In this document: piece after piece, positions 38,796-39,644 of the stretch
Position numbering within the stretch: the first letter of the stretch is position 1
Layout: the number at the start of each line of letters is the position of its first letter
Source: Acidimicrobiia bacterium
Lineage (GTDB): Bacteria > Actinomycetota > Acidimicrobiia > IMCC26256 > BP-133
DNA length: 39,644 nucleotides
Direction: 5' to 3'
Assembly (NCBI GenBank): GCA_050741935.1
Contig: JBOGFE010000644.1
Location: 1 to 39,644, forward strand
Notes under the pieces: model-generated
What the model was told of the DNA's origin: nothing
Seen by the model: the letters and a program-made list of their open reading frames with translations, nothing else
Database searches by the model: none
Program-made: the position numbers and the translations under genes

Positions 38796-39644
38796 GTGAC
38801 CACGACCTTGCCGCACCACCCCGAGCAGACGGAGGGGGGTGTGGCGACGACCGTGGTGCTCGACACCTGCGTGCTCCTCGCCGACCCCGATTCCCTCTAC
38901 GCCTTCGGGGACGCCGACATCGTCCTGCCCCTGACGGTCATCGAGGAGCTCGACGGTCACAAGAGCCGCCTCGACGACGTGGGCCGGGCCGCCCGGCACG
39001 TGGTCCGTGACCTCGAACGGCTGCGGGTGGAAGGTGGCGGCGATTTCCGCGAGCCCGTCGCCCTCCCCACCGGGGGGACGCTGCGGGTGGAGATCAACGG
39101 CCTCCTCCTGGACCGGGTGGCCGGCATCGGCCTCGACCCGACGTCGGGCGACAACCGCATCCTGGCCGCCGCCCTCGGTCTGGCCGAGGCGGGGGAAGCC
39201 CGGGTCAAGGTCGTCTCGGCCGACGCCGCCTTGCGCATCAAGGCGTCCCAGCTCGGCCTCACCGCCGAGGACTACCACCGCACCCGCCGCGGCCAGGACG
39301 CCCTCGGGGTGCGGGGCTGGCACCGGGTGGACGCCGAGCGCAGCCTGATCGACGCCCTCTACGCCGACGGCCGGGCGCCCATCCCCGCCGCCTTCGACGG
39401 GATGGTCACCAACGAGTACGTCGTCCTCTCCGCCGGGTCGTCCTCCGCCCTGGCCCGGGTCTTCGGCGACGAGCTCCACCTCGTCGAACGGCGCCGCCAG
39501 GTGTGGGGGCTCACCCCCCGCTCCAAGGAGCAGATCTTCGCCCTCGACCTCCTGATGGACCCCGACGTCGCGGTCGTGGCGCTGTCGGGTTTCGCCGGGA
39601 CAGGCAAGACGATCCTGGCGCTCGCCGCCGGGCTCGAGCAGGTG
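38796..39644 (+). CDS. PIN-domain + PhoH-like ATPase (PhoH2), 5' part; continues beyond the window
   Basis: Not in the ORF track because it has no stop in the window. Hand translation from GTG 38796, which lies 5 nt after GGGAGG (38785-38790), gives VTTTLPHHPEQTEGGVATTVVLDTCVLLADPDSLYAFGDADIVLPLTVIEELDGHK...GDNRILAAAL...ALSGFAGTGKTILALAAGLEQV, that is a PIN domain followed by Walker A. Confidence 0.85.
   Translation, partial: MTTTLPHHPEQTEGGVATTVVLDTCVLLADPDSLYAFGDADIVLPLTVIEELDGHKSRLDDVGRAARHVVRDLERLRVEGGGDFREPVALPTGGTLRVEINGLLLDRVAGIGLDPTSGDNRILAAALGLAEAGEARVKVVSADAALRIKASQLGLTAEDYHRTRRGQDALGVRGWHRVDAERSLIDALYADGRAPIPAAFDGMVTNEYVVLSAGSSSALARVFGDELHLVERRRQVWGLTPRSKEQIFALDLLMDPDVAVVALSGFAGTGKTILALAAGLEQV

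Noticed and set aside
38792-39010. 72-aa ORF MSDHDLAAPP... starting at ATG 38792
   Set aside because: It is out of frame with the clear PIN-PhoH2 reading frame, which starts at GTG 38796 and stays open to the window end. The 72-aa product is R/P/G-rich shadow sequence.

Overview
Very GC-rich (judged by eye, not computed), densely coding chromosome segment of actinobacterial type. Start and stop codons often overlap, and the many long antisense 'shadow' ORFs are rich in R/G/P/A. All family calls come from reading motifs in the supplied translations or in my own hand translations. No BLAST, HMM or Rfam search was run.

Layout:
- 1-4.9 kb (- strand): a molybdopterin oxidoreductase (CISM-type) operon. 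It has a fused FeS/NrfD subunit, a catalytic subunit with no Tat signal, and a TorD/NarJ-like chaperone that runs off the window edge.
- 5.2-10.0 kb (+): two secreted 7-repeat beta-propeller-like proteins (delta-60 repeat type and Vgb/streptogramin-lyase-like type), then an FAD-domain/ferredoxin-NADP reductase fusion.
- 10.1-30.2 kb: an accessory-looking block bracketed by two paralogous, apparently leaderless XRE-HTH + minimal nucleotidyltransferase cassettes. Inside are three small secreted Gly/Leu-rich proteins, a signal-less CHAP hydrolase, and the main finding.
- 30.2-39.6 kb: housekeeping-type genes (DUF5655-like, M3 oligoendopeptidase, membrane PAS-GGDEF-EAL-REC protein, crotonyl-CoA carboxylase/reductase, PBP4-type carboxypeptidase, partial PIN-PhoH2).

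Main finding: a roughly 15 kb, 14-gene, translationally coupled YcaO/SagB RiPP-like cluster at 13.0-27.9 kb. It contains a fused E1-like/YcaO cyclodehydratase, a SagB-type dehydrogenase, a JmjC/cupin oxygenase, an LLM-like oxidoreductase, two methyltransferase-fold proteins, a HEAT+FGE-sulfatase protein, a signal-less SBP5-like protein, an M24 peptidase, two MFS pumps, and a VOC + AlkZ-like putative self-resistance pair. It splits into two modules. Each module is headed by the same palindrome (TGAGTGG-N4-CCACTCA-TGAC), a GGGAGGTG Shine-Dalgarno and an unannotated small ORF of 26 or 54 aa, both ending in Trp.

No rRNA, tRNA, CRISPR array, transposase or integrase was recognised.
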